A stretch of 64,000 bases of DNA from a virus (Duplodnaviria > Caudoviricetes). Of the stretch, positions 46,194-55,935 are shown one piece after another (position 1 is the first letter of the stretch; each line of letters starts with the position of its first letter). The position numbers were made by a program, and so were the translations under genes. The notes under the pieces were generated by a model, which was given only the letters and a program-made list of their open reading frames with translations, did no database searches and was not told the origin of the DNA. The stretch spans positions 93,487-157,486 of the IMG/VR virus record IMGVR_UViG_645948442_000001; one strand, written 5' to 3'.

Positions 46194-47539
46194 AAGAAAT
46201 CAGCATCAGCCAACACATCCAGGGTGACCACAAGGCATACGCCACATACGACAACCAGCGCAACATCCCGCACATCGCAGATGGCCTGAAGCCCTCTCTG
46301 CGTAAGATCATCCACACGGCCATCGAGACCATGCGTGGCAAGGAGGAAGTCAAGGTGGCCGCTCTGGGCTCCCGGGCCTCCGACCTGACTGAATACGGCC
46401 ACGGAGAGGACTCGATCATCGATGCTGTGGTCACCCTGGGCCGCAACTACCGGGGAACCAACAACCTGCCCCTCCTCCAGAAGCAAGGCCAGTTCGGCAC
46501 CATGGTGGACAACGATGCTTCCGAGCCTCGATACATCCACGTGTCACGCCATGCCAACCTGAGTCACTGCTTCAAGGAAGAGGACCGGGCCATCCTGGAC
46601 TTCCAGGTGTCTGAAGGCAAGACCATCGAGCCTGTGTTCTTCCTGCCGCCTCTGCCTCTGGTGCTGATCAACGCCAGCTCCGGCGTGGGCAATGGCTACT
46701 CTTCCAAGATTCTGCCGCGCAGCCCACAGGCCCTGATCGAGATGTCCAAGGCCATCTTGAACGAGACCCCCATCAACCCTGAGTGGTCTCTCCCGCACTT
46801 CCCAGGTTTCAAGGGGCGGGTCAAGGCAACAGGGCCTTGCTCTTACGAGATTCATGGCGCCATCCAGCTGAATCCCAAGGCCAAGACCGAGTTCACCATC
46901 ATCGATCTGCCACCGGACAGCAAGTACCAGTACGAGCAGTTCAAGGAGCGCGAACTGCTCCCGCTGTTGGACTCGAAGACAATCAAGAATTTCGAGTCAG
47001 ACAGCACAGAACAGGCCTGGTCCATCAAGGTGCAGTCCACCCGTGAGTTCGCCCAGCATCCTGAACTGGTCAAGCGCATGGGCATGATCCTGCGGGTGAC
47101 CGAGAACCTGACAGTGTGGACCTGGGATGGCCAGCTGAAGCGTTACCCCACAGCCGAGGCTCTGCTGCGCGATTGGCTGGTCGGCCGCGAGTACTACATG
47201 GAGAAGCGTCGCCAGAGCGAGATCGCCAGGTCCACCAAGGAAATGAACTGGCTGTTGGTCAAGGTGGAGTTTCTCAAGTGGTGGAACGCCAACCACAACC
47301 AGGCCGTCCGCATGTCCAACGATGAGATCAAGTCATCCTTCACATCCACACTGGGCGACCTCAAGTTCGATGATGAGATGCTCTCCAAACTGCTGGCCCT
47401 GCCTGTGAGCTCCCTGAAGATGTCGGGCATCGAAGCCCTGCAGAATGCCCATGATGAAGTGGAATCCTATGTCCGCTTCATGGAGAGCACCACTGCTAAG
47501 GCCATGATCATCACTGACATGGAAGAGTACAAGTTCTGA
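46190..47539 (+). CDS. gp52: DNA topoisomerase II medium subunit
   Basis: DGLKP, YGHGE, GQFG, catalytic ASEPRY. Confidence 0.95.
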   Translation: MKEISISQHIQGDHKAYATYDNQRNIPHIADGLKPSLRKIIHTAIETMRGKEEVKVAALGSRASDLTEYGHGEDSIIDAVVTLGRNYRGTNNLPLLQKQGQFGTMVDNDASEPRYIHVSRHANLSHCFKEEDRAILDFQVSEGKTIEPVFFLPPLPLVLINASSGVGNGYSSKILPRSPQALIEMSKAILNETPINPEWSLPHFPGFKGRVKATGPCSYEIHGAIQLNPKAKTEFTIIDLPPDSKYQYEQFKERELLPLLDSKTIKNFESDSTEQAWSIKVQSTREFAQHPELVKRMGMILRVTENLTVWTWDGQLKRYPTAEALLRDWLVGREYYMEKRRQSEIARSTKEMNWLLVKVEFLKWWNANHNQAVRMSNDEIKSSFTSTLGDLKFDDEMLSKLLALPVSSLKMSGIEALQNAHDEVESYVRFMESTTAKAMIITDMEEYKF

Positions 47540-47565
47540 CTTGACAGTAGAGACAGCCCTCCCTG

Positions 47566-47572
47566 CTAAATA
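47566..47572 (+). promoter_or_regulatory. candidate late promoter CTAAATA
   Basis: Precedes membrane, holin-like and structural-like genes. Confidence 0.45.
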
Positions 47573-47592
47573 AAGCCAGCGGAGGGCTTTTT

Positions 47593-47880
47593 ATGCTTGT
47601 GAGAATCATATTGGCGATAGGGTTCACCATCGTTGGTGTGCTGGGGATACGAAATTTCAGGTTGTGCCGTGGAGGGAGAACAACCCATGAACTATCATCC
47701 CTCTTGTCAGTCATGGTTGCCTTACTTGGGGTGTTCCTGATTTGGATCACCCCTTTCAATTTCTCGACTCAGACACCCTATGGTTTCGGCGTCATTGGCT
47801 TCTGCTGGATCGTAATCATAAGTAACTTGGTAAACATACACCAGGTGAGGGTGGAGAATGATCATGACAGAGTTTCTTGA
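47593..47880 (+). CDS. three-TM membrane protein
   Basis: GGAGG RBS; three hydrophobic segments. Confidence 0.7.
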   Translation: MLVRIILAIGFTIVGVLGIRNFRLCRGGRTTHELSSLLSVMVALLGVFLIWITPFNFSTQTPYGFGVIGFCWIVIISNLVNIHQVRVENDHDRVS

Positions 47881-48268
47881 AAAGCTGACGGATATGGCCA
47901 TCGCAGGCGCCATGTCGGCTTTCGGCGGCGTTGCCGCATACGTGTACAAGACCATCAGAGACGACACTGGCTTCAAGACGAGCCAATTTTTCTTGAATGC
48001 CTTCCTGTCATTCTTCATCGGAAACATGGTCGGTGGCTTCATCCCCCAAGGGACAGCCTTCCGCGATGGTCTCCTGATGCTGGCAGGCTTCAGCACCTGG
48101 CCCTTGCTCGGCGTGCTTGAGTACTACGGCAAGCGAGCAGTCCTGCGCTACTTCGACAAGGTCATGGAAATCAATGCAGCTGACGACAAGGAAGTGCTTG
48201 AACGTCTGCCTGCCCAGAGTCGCCACGAGGTTGGTGGCCCTGGAACCAACAAGGAGAAAGAGGAATGA
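47864..48268 (+). CDS. putative holin
   Basis: AFGGVAAY.. / FLSFFIG..VG / LAGFS TM pattern with a charged C-terminus. Confidence 0.6.
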   Translation: MTEFLEKLTDMAIAGAMSAFGGVAAYVYKTIRDDTGFKTSQFFLNAFLSFFIGNMVGGFIPQGTAFRDGLLMLAGFSTWPLLGVLEYYGKRAVLRYFDKVMEINAADDKEVLERLPAQSRHEVGGPGTNKEKEE

Positions 48269-49020
48269 GCAACTTGACTGGAGTTGCCTCGCGATATCGG
48301 AGCCGGTACACAGGTCGTCAGATCGATGAACTGTTGGGCTCCATCCGAGGCAAGATTGACACGACGTACATCGTGAATGATTGGTCCGGAGGCAAGGATC
48401 TGGTCTCCTCGGCTGAACTATCCAAGCTGCTGTACGAGCGCCTGGAGAAGTTCAATGACCCCATCTACGTGAAGGAATTGTACCTCACCATCCCTGATGC
48501 GGACATCTTCACGAAGCAGGACCGGGCCAAGCTGGATCGCACCATCGGCTTCTTCCTGGGCTCGTTCCCAAATGCGGCTGAGCGAAACCTGGCCATCAAC
48601 ACCATCGGCTTCAAGGGCGGTGAGTTGACTTTCCTGATGGATGACGGAGAAGGGCTCCAGGAGCTGTCCTACTGGGACACTTCTTCACTCAGCTGGCAGA
48701 AGTCCAAGTGGACCCGGGAAATGAACGGTGGCACCGAGGCCCCTTCTACCGGCTCTGACACTGCGGTGATCGTCATTGATCGCAACAAGTTCAGTGCGGG
48801 CAAGTACATGGTTAAAGCGACGCAGGGTCTGCTGGTCCAGGTGATCGAGCTGCTGGTGGTCATCGCAGGTGATCACGCCTGGTGGACCTCATACGCCCCC
48901 GTGGGTAACCTCACAGGGTTCAGCATCAAAGGCATCAGCGTGACAACTGCTACCGCCACAATCAGCGTCACGGCGCCGACTGGCACCATGTTCAAGTTCC
49001 AGCGCATTGCGGAGGTCTGA
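48265..49020 (+). CDS. putative virion structural protein
   Basis: YTGRQIDELL N-terminus, beta-rich C-terminus, late-type context. Confidence 0.5.
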   Translation: MSNLTGVASRYRSRYTGRQIDELLGSIRGKIDTTYIVNDWSGGKDLVSSAELSKLLYERLEKFNDPIYVKELYLTIPDADIFTKQDRAKLDRTIGFFLGSFPNAAERNLAINTIGFKGGELTFLMDDGEGLQELSYWDTSSLSWQKSKWTREMNGGTEAPSTGSDTAVIVIDRNKFSAGKYMVKATQGLLVQVIELLVVIAGDHAWWTSYAPVGNLTGFSIKGISVTTATATISVTAPTGTMFKFQRIAEV

Positions 49021-49021
49021 T

Positions 49022-49765
49022 ATGTGCCTTGATACCAACAGCAACCTGTTTACTCTGATCTCCCAGCTGGACACCTTCATCAACGGCTCGGCGGACACCA
49101 AGGTGCACACCCAACAGGGCGCCATCTTGACTCTGTCTGGTCTGGTTGAGAAGCTGGGCAAGATGCCTCTGATCCAGAAAGTGGTGGATGTTCCTGACTT
49201 GATCACCGCACGTGGCCAGGTCGGTTCTGATCTCCTGCCCTTTGGAGCAGTCGCCCGCATCACCAACGATCCCAACCCAGCCCTGAATGGACTGTACGAG
49301 GCCAAGGATACCGGCGACCTAGAGAAAATTGACTACATCGAGGTGTGCAATCTGATCCAGCCCAACATGCTGGACAAGACCTTCGGCAGCGATGACATCC
49401 TGACCAACCCGGTTGTGGTGTTCAGCCGCCCCATCCCAGTCACCAACCACCAGTATCTGGTTGGTCTGGACCTGGTTGTGGAGTTCGTCAGGCAGAAGCC
49501 AGGCGAGGAAGGCGTCGCGCTGTACGATTACAAGGTGCTTGCCCAAGTGGCTGGGGATGATACCGTCACACTCCAGCACAGCCAGAGCGTCGGCCTCAGC
49601 ACCATTGGCGCTCATGCGATGCCTGAACTCAGGGCTCGTGTGGTATCTCCTTCACTCGGGACAAGGCGCTTCGAGCTGTTCTTCGAACCATTCACGGATG
49701 ATGTGGTCAACTCACCATTCATTCTGAAGACGAGGACCACCATAAACAGGGAAACTCTCCTGTAA
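49022..49765 (+). CDS. putative virion structural protein
   Basis: GGAGG RBS before ATG 49022; same operon. Confidence 0.5.
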   Translation: MCLDTNSNLFTLISQLDTFINGSADTKVHTQQGAILTLSGLVEKLGKMPLIQKVVDVPDLITARGQVGSDLLPFGAVARITNDPNPALNGLYEAKDTGDLEKIDYIEVCNLIQPNMLDKTFGSDDILTNPVVVFSRPIPVTNHQYLVGLDLVVEFVRQKPGEEGVALYDYKVLAQVAGDDTVTLQHSQSVGLSTIGAHAMPELRARVVSPSLGTRRFELFFEPFTDDVVNSPFILKTRTTINRETLL

Positions 49766-49769
49766 AATC

Positions 49770-49812
49770 AAGGCCCCGGTTCACCCCGGGGCCTTTTGTT
49801 TTCAGGTATAAT
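49770..49812 (+). promoter_or_regulatory. terminator plus promoter cassette
   Basis: AGGCCCCGG..CCGGGGCCTTTTGTTTTCAGGTATAAT. Confidence 0.8.
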
Positions 49813-49843
49813 AGCTGTATGTACCACTTCACGATACCAACAT

Positions 49844-50389
49844 ATGAGCATTGAGATGAAGCGAGTGACCGATGTCCACGTCTATACGGACGGATCATCA
49901 AAGCATAATGGCAAACCCGAGTGCGTAGCAGGCTGGTCGATGGTGATCCCGAATCTGGGCGACTGCATGTACGCCCGGTATGGACAGCTGGCCCCTCCAT
50001 CCTCCAACAACCGGGGTGAAGCCATGGGGGTGATCGCAGCAGCTGAAATGTTCGCACGCGCACCTGATTTCCGAGCCGTCATCTACACCGACAGCCAGTA
50101 CATCCAGAAAGCCTGTACAGAGTGGCGAGGCAAGTGGGCCCTCACACAATATGATGGGGTCAAGAACATTGACATGCTTCTGCCTCTGTTCAACATAATC
50201 GACAGATCCATCAACAAGCCCAAGATCCTCTGGGTCAAGGGCCATGCTGGAGACCCCGGCAATGAGCTGGCTGACCAGTATGCTGGCTACGGCATGCGGG
50301 GCATCCGCCAGATGGTGGAATCGACAACGCAAAACATCCAGTGGGTCGAAGAGGCCGACGTCACAAGACGCTATCGAGCCTGGGCCTGA
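49844..50389 (+). CDS. rnhA: ribonuclease HI (bacterial type)
   Basis: YTDGS, NNRGE, YTDSQY, WVKGHAG..GNE.AD. Confidence 0.9.
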   Translation: MSIEMKRVTDVHVYTDGSSKHNGKPECVAGWSMVIPNLGDCMYARYGQLAPPSSNNRGEAMGVIAAAEMFARAPDFRAVIYTDSQYIQKACTEWRGKWALTQYDGVKNIDMLLPLFNIIDRSINKPKILWVKGHAGDPGNELADQYAGYGMRGIRQMVESTTQNIQWVEEADVTRRYRAWA

Positions 50390-50409
50390 GATCAACCGAG
50401 AGAGGAAGC

Positions 50410-51009
50410 ATGACTGAGAAGTCCAGCAAACCCTCCAACCATTACGTCGACAACGACAAACTCAACGCAGTCATGGTGCAGTGGCATCACGACATTCAAG
50501 CTGCCAAGGCAGCAGGGCTGGAGCGCCCCCCGATGCCTCAGTATGTCGCTGAGTGCGTCATCAAGATGGCACACGGCAAGGCCAAGCTCCACAATTACAG
50601 GGACTACTCGTGGAAGGACGAGATGATCCTGGATGCCATCGAAGTGTGTGCCATGTACTTGCACAACTTCAACCCCGAAGCCAAGACGCGCAAGGGCGAC
50701 GGCCCCAACGGCTACGGTTACATCAACGTGGCCATCGAGCGCGCCTTCAACGGTCGCATCGACATCGAGAAGCGCGAGGAGTACTACAAGTGCAAGCATG
50801 TGGAACTGCTCAACGGTCAAGGGGACCTGGCACGAGACCTGGCTGAAGAGACAGGCACTGATGCTTCCGGTGTGGTGACTGACTTCATCGACCGGGCCTA
50901 CCAATACGAGAAAAATGAAAAGGCCAAGGCCGAGCGCGCCGCTGCCCGCAAGGCCAAGAAGGATGCCAAGAAGCCTCCTGTCCAATCCATCGCGAGGTTC
51001 ATGGTATGA
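50410..51009 (+). CDS. gp55: late-transcription sigma factor
   Basis: HYVDN..YVAECVIKMA..YSWKDEMILDAIE..HNFNP; upstream of 47/46. Confidence 0.9.
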   Translation: MTEKSSKPSNHYVDNDKLNAVMVQWHHDIQAAKAAGLERPPMPQYVAECVIKMAHGKAKLHNYRDYSWKDEMILDAIEVCAMYLHNFNPEAKTRKGDGPNGYGYINVAIERAFNGRIDIEKREEYYKCKHVELLNGQGDLARDLAEETGTDASGVVTDFIDRAYQYEKNEKAKAERAAARKAKKDAKKPPVQSIARFMV

Positions 51010-52091
51010 GTCAGTACAACACCCAAGAGTGGGCAATCGTCGGGGATTGCCATTTCGACGTGCGCGGCGGAGATGAGCGTTTCCTGGAGTTCCAGATCAA
51101 CTGGTTCGCCAGCATGATGCACCAGGCCCATGCCCGTGGCATCAAGCGCATCGTCCAGATGGGTGACTTCCTGGACAATCGCAAGCAGACGCGCAGCCAC
51201 GTGATCTACCACATCGCGCACAAGCTGCTGCCCCTGCTCAACGAGCTGGACATGGAACTGATCCTGCTGGTGGGTAACCACAACATCTACTACAGGGACA
51301 GCAACCACATCCACAACATGCTCTGGATGCAAGCCAACCCCCGCATCCGCATCATCGAAGAGAATGAGGAGGTCGATGGTGTATTGATGCTGGCCTGGAT
51401 CAACAGCAAGAATCTGGAGAGCCAGATGGCTGCGGTCGAGCGGTCCACCTCCAAGTTCTGCTTCGGTCACCTGGAGCTCGTGGACATGCCTATGTACCGT
51501 GGAGTCATGGCCAAGGATGGCATGAGCCCGGCCCCCTTCGCCAAGTTCAAGCGGACGCTGACTGGACACTACCACACTGTGTCCGAGTACCAGAACATCC
51601 TCTGTGTGGGCAGCCCGTTCCACTTGACTTGGGCGGACTACCCTGACAGTACCAATCGTGGCTGGTTCGTGTTCAACCGGGACACCGGTGACACCACCAT
51701 GATTAAGAACAAGCCTGGCGATACCATGTTCGCGGTCTGGCTGCATGACCCTGAGTTGGCTTCGGACGAGGCTCTGGGCAAGCAACTCAAAGAGGAGCTG
51801 GGTGGCAAGATCGTCAAGTTGATCATCGAGGACCGTGGCGACACCCGCCGATTCAACAAGTTCATCGAGATGCTCAAGGCAGTGCCTGTCATCGATCTCA
51901 ACATCCTTGATCAGTCAATCATGACCAAGGAGGAGAGGGAGGAGATTCAGGTTGACGTGGAAGCCATCAAGAGCAACACTGATGTGCTGAAAGCCGTGGT
52001 GGAATACTCCGGCAGACTCAGCGTCAGCGAACGGGCCAAGTTGCTCATCCCAGGCATGGCTGCAACACTCTACCAGAAGGCGCAGAAATGA
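51006..52091 (+). CDS. gp47: recombination nuclease subunit (Mre11-like)
   Basis: GDCH, GDFLD, GNHN, GHYH. Confidence 0.93.
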   Translation: MSQYNTQEWAIVGDCHFDVRGGDERFLEFQINWFASMMHQAHARGIKRIVQMGDFLDNRKQTRSHVIYHIAHKLLPLLNELDMELILLVGNHNIYYRDSNHIHNMLWMQANPRIRIIEENEEVDGVLMLAWINSKNLESQMAAVERSTSKFCFGHLELVDMPMYRGVMAKDGMSPAPFAKFKRTLTGHYHTVSEYQNILCVGSPFHLTWADYPDSTNRGWFVFNRDTGDTTMIKNKPGDTMFAVWLHDPELASDEALGKQLKEELGGKIVKLIIEDRGDTRRFNKFIEMLKAVPVIDLNILDQSIMTKEEREEIQVDVEAIKSNTDVLKAVVEYSGRLSVSERAKLLIPGMAATLYQKAQK

Positions 52092-53833
52092 TTCTCCACG
52101 ACGTATGGGCTAAGAATTTCAGGTCCATCGATGCCATGGGCATGAGCCTGACCTACCAGCCAGGGGCCACCATGGTCGGCTCACTTGACAACGGGGCAGG
52201 CAAGTCCACCCTGCTGGTCCACGCCCTGTTCTATGCGTTGTTCGATGAGAACTACTCCAAGGGCAGCAGCAAGACCAAGCTGGTGAACAGCCAGTCCAAC
52301 AAGGACACCCTGGTGAGGGTGAGCCTCACAGCCAACGGCGCCCACTGGGTGATCGAGCGCGGCATGAAGCCGACAGTGTTCAACATCATCAAGGATGGCG
52401 TTCGCATTGAGGATGAGGCCTCGTTGAAGGACTATCAGGAAAACCTGATCCACGTGATTGGGATGGACAAGAAGGCATTCGGTAACACTGTTGCTCTGGG
52501 CCTCGACAAGTTCGTCCCCTTTGTGTCCATGTCAGCCCCTGATCGTCGCTCCTATGGTGAGCAGATGATGGACTTGACTGTCATCGGGGCCATGAGCTCG
52601 AACAACAAGGAGCAGATCAAGCTGATCAAGGCTCAGGTCATGTCGGTCGAGCAGAACCACAGTGCTCTCATGATGCGTATTGCCGCAGCCCAGAGCATCG
52701 TGGAGGTCAAGAAGAAGCATGTCACCGAAGCCAGCAACCTGATCCAGCAAGACATCGACGCCATCCAGACCGAGATTGATGCTGAGTTGGCCGCCCGCGA
52801 TCAACTCCAGGCTCAACGTCCGGCCCTGCATGCTGGCCTGGATGCTGAGCGCAAGAAACAGACTGCGAAGGAGCAAGCGGAGCAGCGCAAGGCTGTATAC
52901 GCCAGCACTCTCGACAGCCTGAAGCGCCAGGCCATAGAGGTGGTCAGCATGCTGGAATCTGCTGATGGCGCCACATGTAAATGCTGTGGGCAAATCATGC
53001 CCGAAGCGCACCGAGCCGAGAACAAGCTCAAGTTGCAGCAGAGGGCGACTTCACTGCTGCAAGGTGCAGACGAAGCTGATGCTGCCCTGAAAGCCATCGT
53101 GGTGCCGGAATACGACCACGCCGAGGCCGAGCGGTTGACTGATTTGTTCAACGCCATGGAACGGGCTATCTGGGGTAGCAACCAGAAGATCAACGACCTG
53201 AATGGTCGCAAGGCCAATCTGACCGCACGCTTGGAGTCATCCCAAAAGCAGGTCAGCTGGGCAGAGGAAGAAGCCCTGATTGAAAGCCTCTCTGGCGAGG
53301 CCAAGGAGCAGTCTGCGGCACTGCAAGCGAAGACAGATGAACTGGAGGCCGCCAATGCCATCCAGTTGTCTCTCGCCGATGACGCCGTGAAAGCCCAGAT
53401 AGCAGACCAGTTCCTGCCTTTCTTGAACCAGCGAGTCAACTTCTATCTGGAATCCCTCAACCTCTTCTTGAACATCAGGATTGACAATGAGTTTGATATC
53501 AAAATGGATGCGCCAGATCGGCGCAACCAAACCGTTCACGACCTGTCTGCTGGTCAACAGCGTCGGGTGGACCTGGCTGTACTGCTTGCTTGGAGGGACG
53601 TTGCTCGGTCAACTTCCTCTTGTGACAGCAATGTCCTGATCCTGGATGAGATTCTCGAAAACCTGTCTGAAACAGGCGTCGAGGACTTCCTCCACATGTG
53701 GGAAGCTCAGCGGGATAAGGGAGACAGCCTGTACGTGATCACCCAGCGCCGCCATGAGTTCGCCCCCCTGTTTGATCAATCGATCATCTTTGCCCTCAAG
53801 GACAAGTCTACGGTCGTCGTGACTGGGGATTGA
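52088..53833 (+). CDS. gp46: recombination ATPase subunit (Rad50-like)
   Basis: NGAGKST, zinc hook CKCC, LSAGQ, LDE. Confidence 0.93.
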   Translation: MILHDVWAKNFRSIDAMGMSLTYQPGATMVGSLDNGAGKSTLLVHALFYALFDENYSKGSSKTKLVNSQSNKDTLVRVSLTANGAHWVIERGMKPTVFNIIKDGVRIEDEASLKDYQENLIHVIGMDKKAFGNTVALGLDKFVPFVSMSAPDRRSYGEQMMDLTVIGAMSSNNKEQIKLIKAQVMSVEQNHSALMMRIAAAQSIVEVKKKHVTEASNLIQQDIDAIQTEIDAELAARDQLQAQRPALHAGLDAERKKQTAKEQAEQRKAVYASTLDSLKRQAIEVVSMLESADGATCKCCGQIMPEAHRAENKLKLQQRATSLLQGADEADAALKAIVVPEYDHAEAERLTDLFNAMERAIWGSNQKINDLNGRKANLTARLESSQKQVSWAEEEALIESLSGEAKEQSAALQAKTDELEAANAIQLSLADDAVKAQIADQFLPFLNQRVNFYLESLNLFLNIRIDNEFDIKMDAPDRRNQTVHDLSAGQQRRVDLAVLLAWRDVARSTSSCDSNVLILDEILENLSETGVEDFLHMWEAQRDKGDSLYVITQRRHEFAPLFDQSIIFALKDKSTVVVTGD

Positions 53834-53889
53834 GGGTATAATCCGAGCCGGGGCCTAGTGTCCCGGCTTTTCACGTTTGGAGGTGTCAT

Positions 53890-54954
53890 TTGAGTTTCAT
53901 GATTGACTCAAAATACGCGATGTTTTTGGGTCCTCAGCTATCTGGGTTCAAGCAGATTCGTCGCAATGTGTGGAATTCGAGGTGCCCCAAGTGCGGTGAC
54001 TCGGAGAAGCACAAGAAAAAGAAGCGTTTCTACATCTACCAGCCGAGCCGTAAGGGTCTGGCTGACTTTCTGTCGTGCGCATGCCACAACTGTGGCTACC
54101 ATGACTTCTTCGGTGAATTCCTCAAGTCTCATGACGAACCATTGTACCATGAGTACAAGATGGAGTTGTTCAAGGAGAAGGGCTGGACGAGCAACTTCGA
54201 CAAGCGAGAAGAGGCGAAGGCGCGTAGCACTGCCCAAGCTGCGGCCGTCCTTGAGAGGCTCTCCGAAGTGGACGAGGATGCCCCGGAGGTGGAAGAGGTT
54301 GACTGGGTGAGAACCCTACGCACCGCCCCAGCCAATCACCCTGTTCTCCAGTATGCCCACACCCGACTGTTCCCCGACTCGGCCTATGACATACTGGGGT
54401 GGTGTGACAACTTCCAGGAGGAGTTTGGCAACTTCAGTGACATCGTGGAGAAAAGGAGTCTGCCCAGTGACCCCAGGCTGATCATCCCCATCAGGAACCC
54501 AGATGGGGAACTGATAGCTCTCCAGGGCCGAGCCATCGGGCCGTCTGAGTTACGGTACATCACACTGAAGATGGAGGAGACTGCCTCCAAAGTGTTTGGT
54601 CTGGACAGGCTCAAGCCGGGTCTGCCCACCATTGTGGTGGAAGGGCCGCTGGATAGTCTGTTTCTGCCCAACTGCATAGCCACAGCAGATGCCAATCTGC
54701 TGGCCGCTGGGATTGGTGACATCCTGGTGCCGGACAAGCAGATGCGCAACGCCGAGCTGATCAAAGTCATAGAGCGCATGATCGACTCAGGTAAATACGT
54801 TGCCTTGCTGGAAGACGATGTGTTCCCATTCAAGGATATCAACGCGGCAATCCAAGGCGGCTGGACGCCATCCCAAGTGCTGAATGTCATCATCGACTCG
54901 GCCAAGAAGGGTCTGGCCGCCCAACTTCAACTATCGAAACTCAGGAGAGTGTAA
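53890..54954 (+). CDS. gp61: DNA primase
   Basis: RCPKCGDS..CHNC zinc finger, QGR, EGPLDSLF. Confidence 0.93.
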   Translation: MSFMIDSKYAMFLGPQLSGFKQIRRNVWNSRCPKCGDSEKHKKKKRFYIYQPSRKGLADFLSCACHNCGYHDFFGEFLKSHDEPLYHEYKMELFKEKGWTSNFDKREEAKARSTAQAAAVLERLSEVDEDAPEVEEVDWVRTLRTAPANHPVLQYAHTRLFPDSAYDILGWCDNFQEEFGNFSDIVEKRSLPSDPRLIIPIRNPDGELIALQGRAIGPSELRYITLKMEETASKVFGLDRLKPGLPTIVVEGPLDSLFLPNCIATADANLLAAGIGDILVPDKQMRNAELIKVIERMIDSGKYVALLEDDVFPFKDINAAIQGGWTPSQVLNVIIDSAKKGLAAQLQLSKLRRV

Positions 54955-55856
54955 TGAGCAAGAAGACATACGTCAAGCAAGTGGTCGGCGCCGTCACCAG
55001 CGGTGCGATGACAATGCGTCAAGCAGCTGATCACTGGCGGCTGGACATCAGGACTGTGAAATCCTGGGTGTCCAAGCACCAAGAGTACCACATGGAACCC
55101 ACCACGACCAAGCTGGTGACCATCGCCCCCAAGGCCGAGTCTCCCCCACCTCAACCGAAGTTGGTCAATGATATCAACATCTTCATCAACCAGACCGACC
55201 TCACAGACATCAAGGGCTTTGAAGACCTGCTGTCCTGTCTCGTGATGACTGCCCAGAAGCAAGCCCTGGGCGAGCAGTCCAAGTTCACCATCGTCACCCG
55301 ACGGCTGATCTCCCAAACGATGATGGACGACCACAGCTTGGTCAAGCCGGTGGCTGATCTCCTGGCCCGCGCGGCCCGGTTGCTGGCCTTCATCAGCGGG
55401 CGGCCTGTGGCTATCAGGATGATGCCCGGGCTGACTCAGGATCACATGGTCGCTCTGAAGCTGAAAGAGCTGCACAAGGAAGGTCAAGTGCGTGAAGAAT
55501 CCATGCCTTGCAGTGTGAATGTTCACGGCGAAGGCTTCTTGGACATGACCTTCGGTTGGTCGCACAACGTATCCGCCCGACGCAATGTGGTGGGGTCTGA
55601 AGACCTGTCCCGTGGGCACGCCCAGATACGCCAGACAGTGGCCGACTACTTCAACCGCCCAACCCACCTGTCTGTGCTGTTCACCAACCCCGGTCGCGAT
55701 ACGCATGTGAAGGGGTCGCAGATCAGCATCGGCTCTGCTCGTGAGATGCGACAACAGGCTGTGGTGACCCTGCGCAACGATCACACCTATGACTTGAGTC
55801 TGGTCACCCCACGCGTCGTCAAAACGGAACTGCCTTTGTTGCCCCCGGCTGGCTGA
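54954..55856 (+). CDS. N-terminal HTH-containing hypothetical protein
   Basis: MTMRQAADHWRLDIRTVKSWV helix-turn-helix-like segment. Confidence 0.65.
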   Translation: MSKKTYVKQVVGAVTSGAMTMRQAADHWRLDIRTVKSWVSKHQEYHMEPTTTKLVTIAPKAESPPPQPKLVNDINIFINQTDLTDIKGFEDLLSCLVMTAQKQALGEQSKFTIVTRRLISQTMMDDHSLVKPVADLLARAARLLAFISGRPVAIRMMPGLTQDHMVALKLKELHKEGQVREESMPCSVNVHGEGFLDMTFGWSHNVSARRNVVGSEDLSRGHAQIRQTVADYFNRPTHLSVLFTNPGRDTHVKGSQISIGSAREMRQQAVVTLRNDHTYDLSLVTPRVVKTELPLLPPAG

Positions 55857-55935
55857 TTTCAGGGTATAATAGCCCTCTGCGCCAATCACTCTCGACAATT
55901 ACTCCATCGGACAACATTTATGTGGAGTAACCTCT

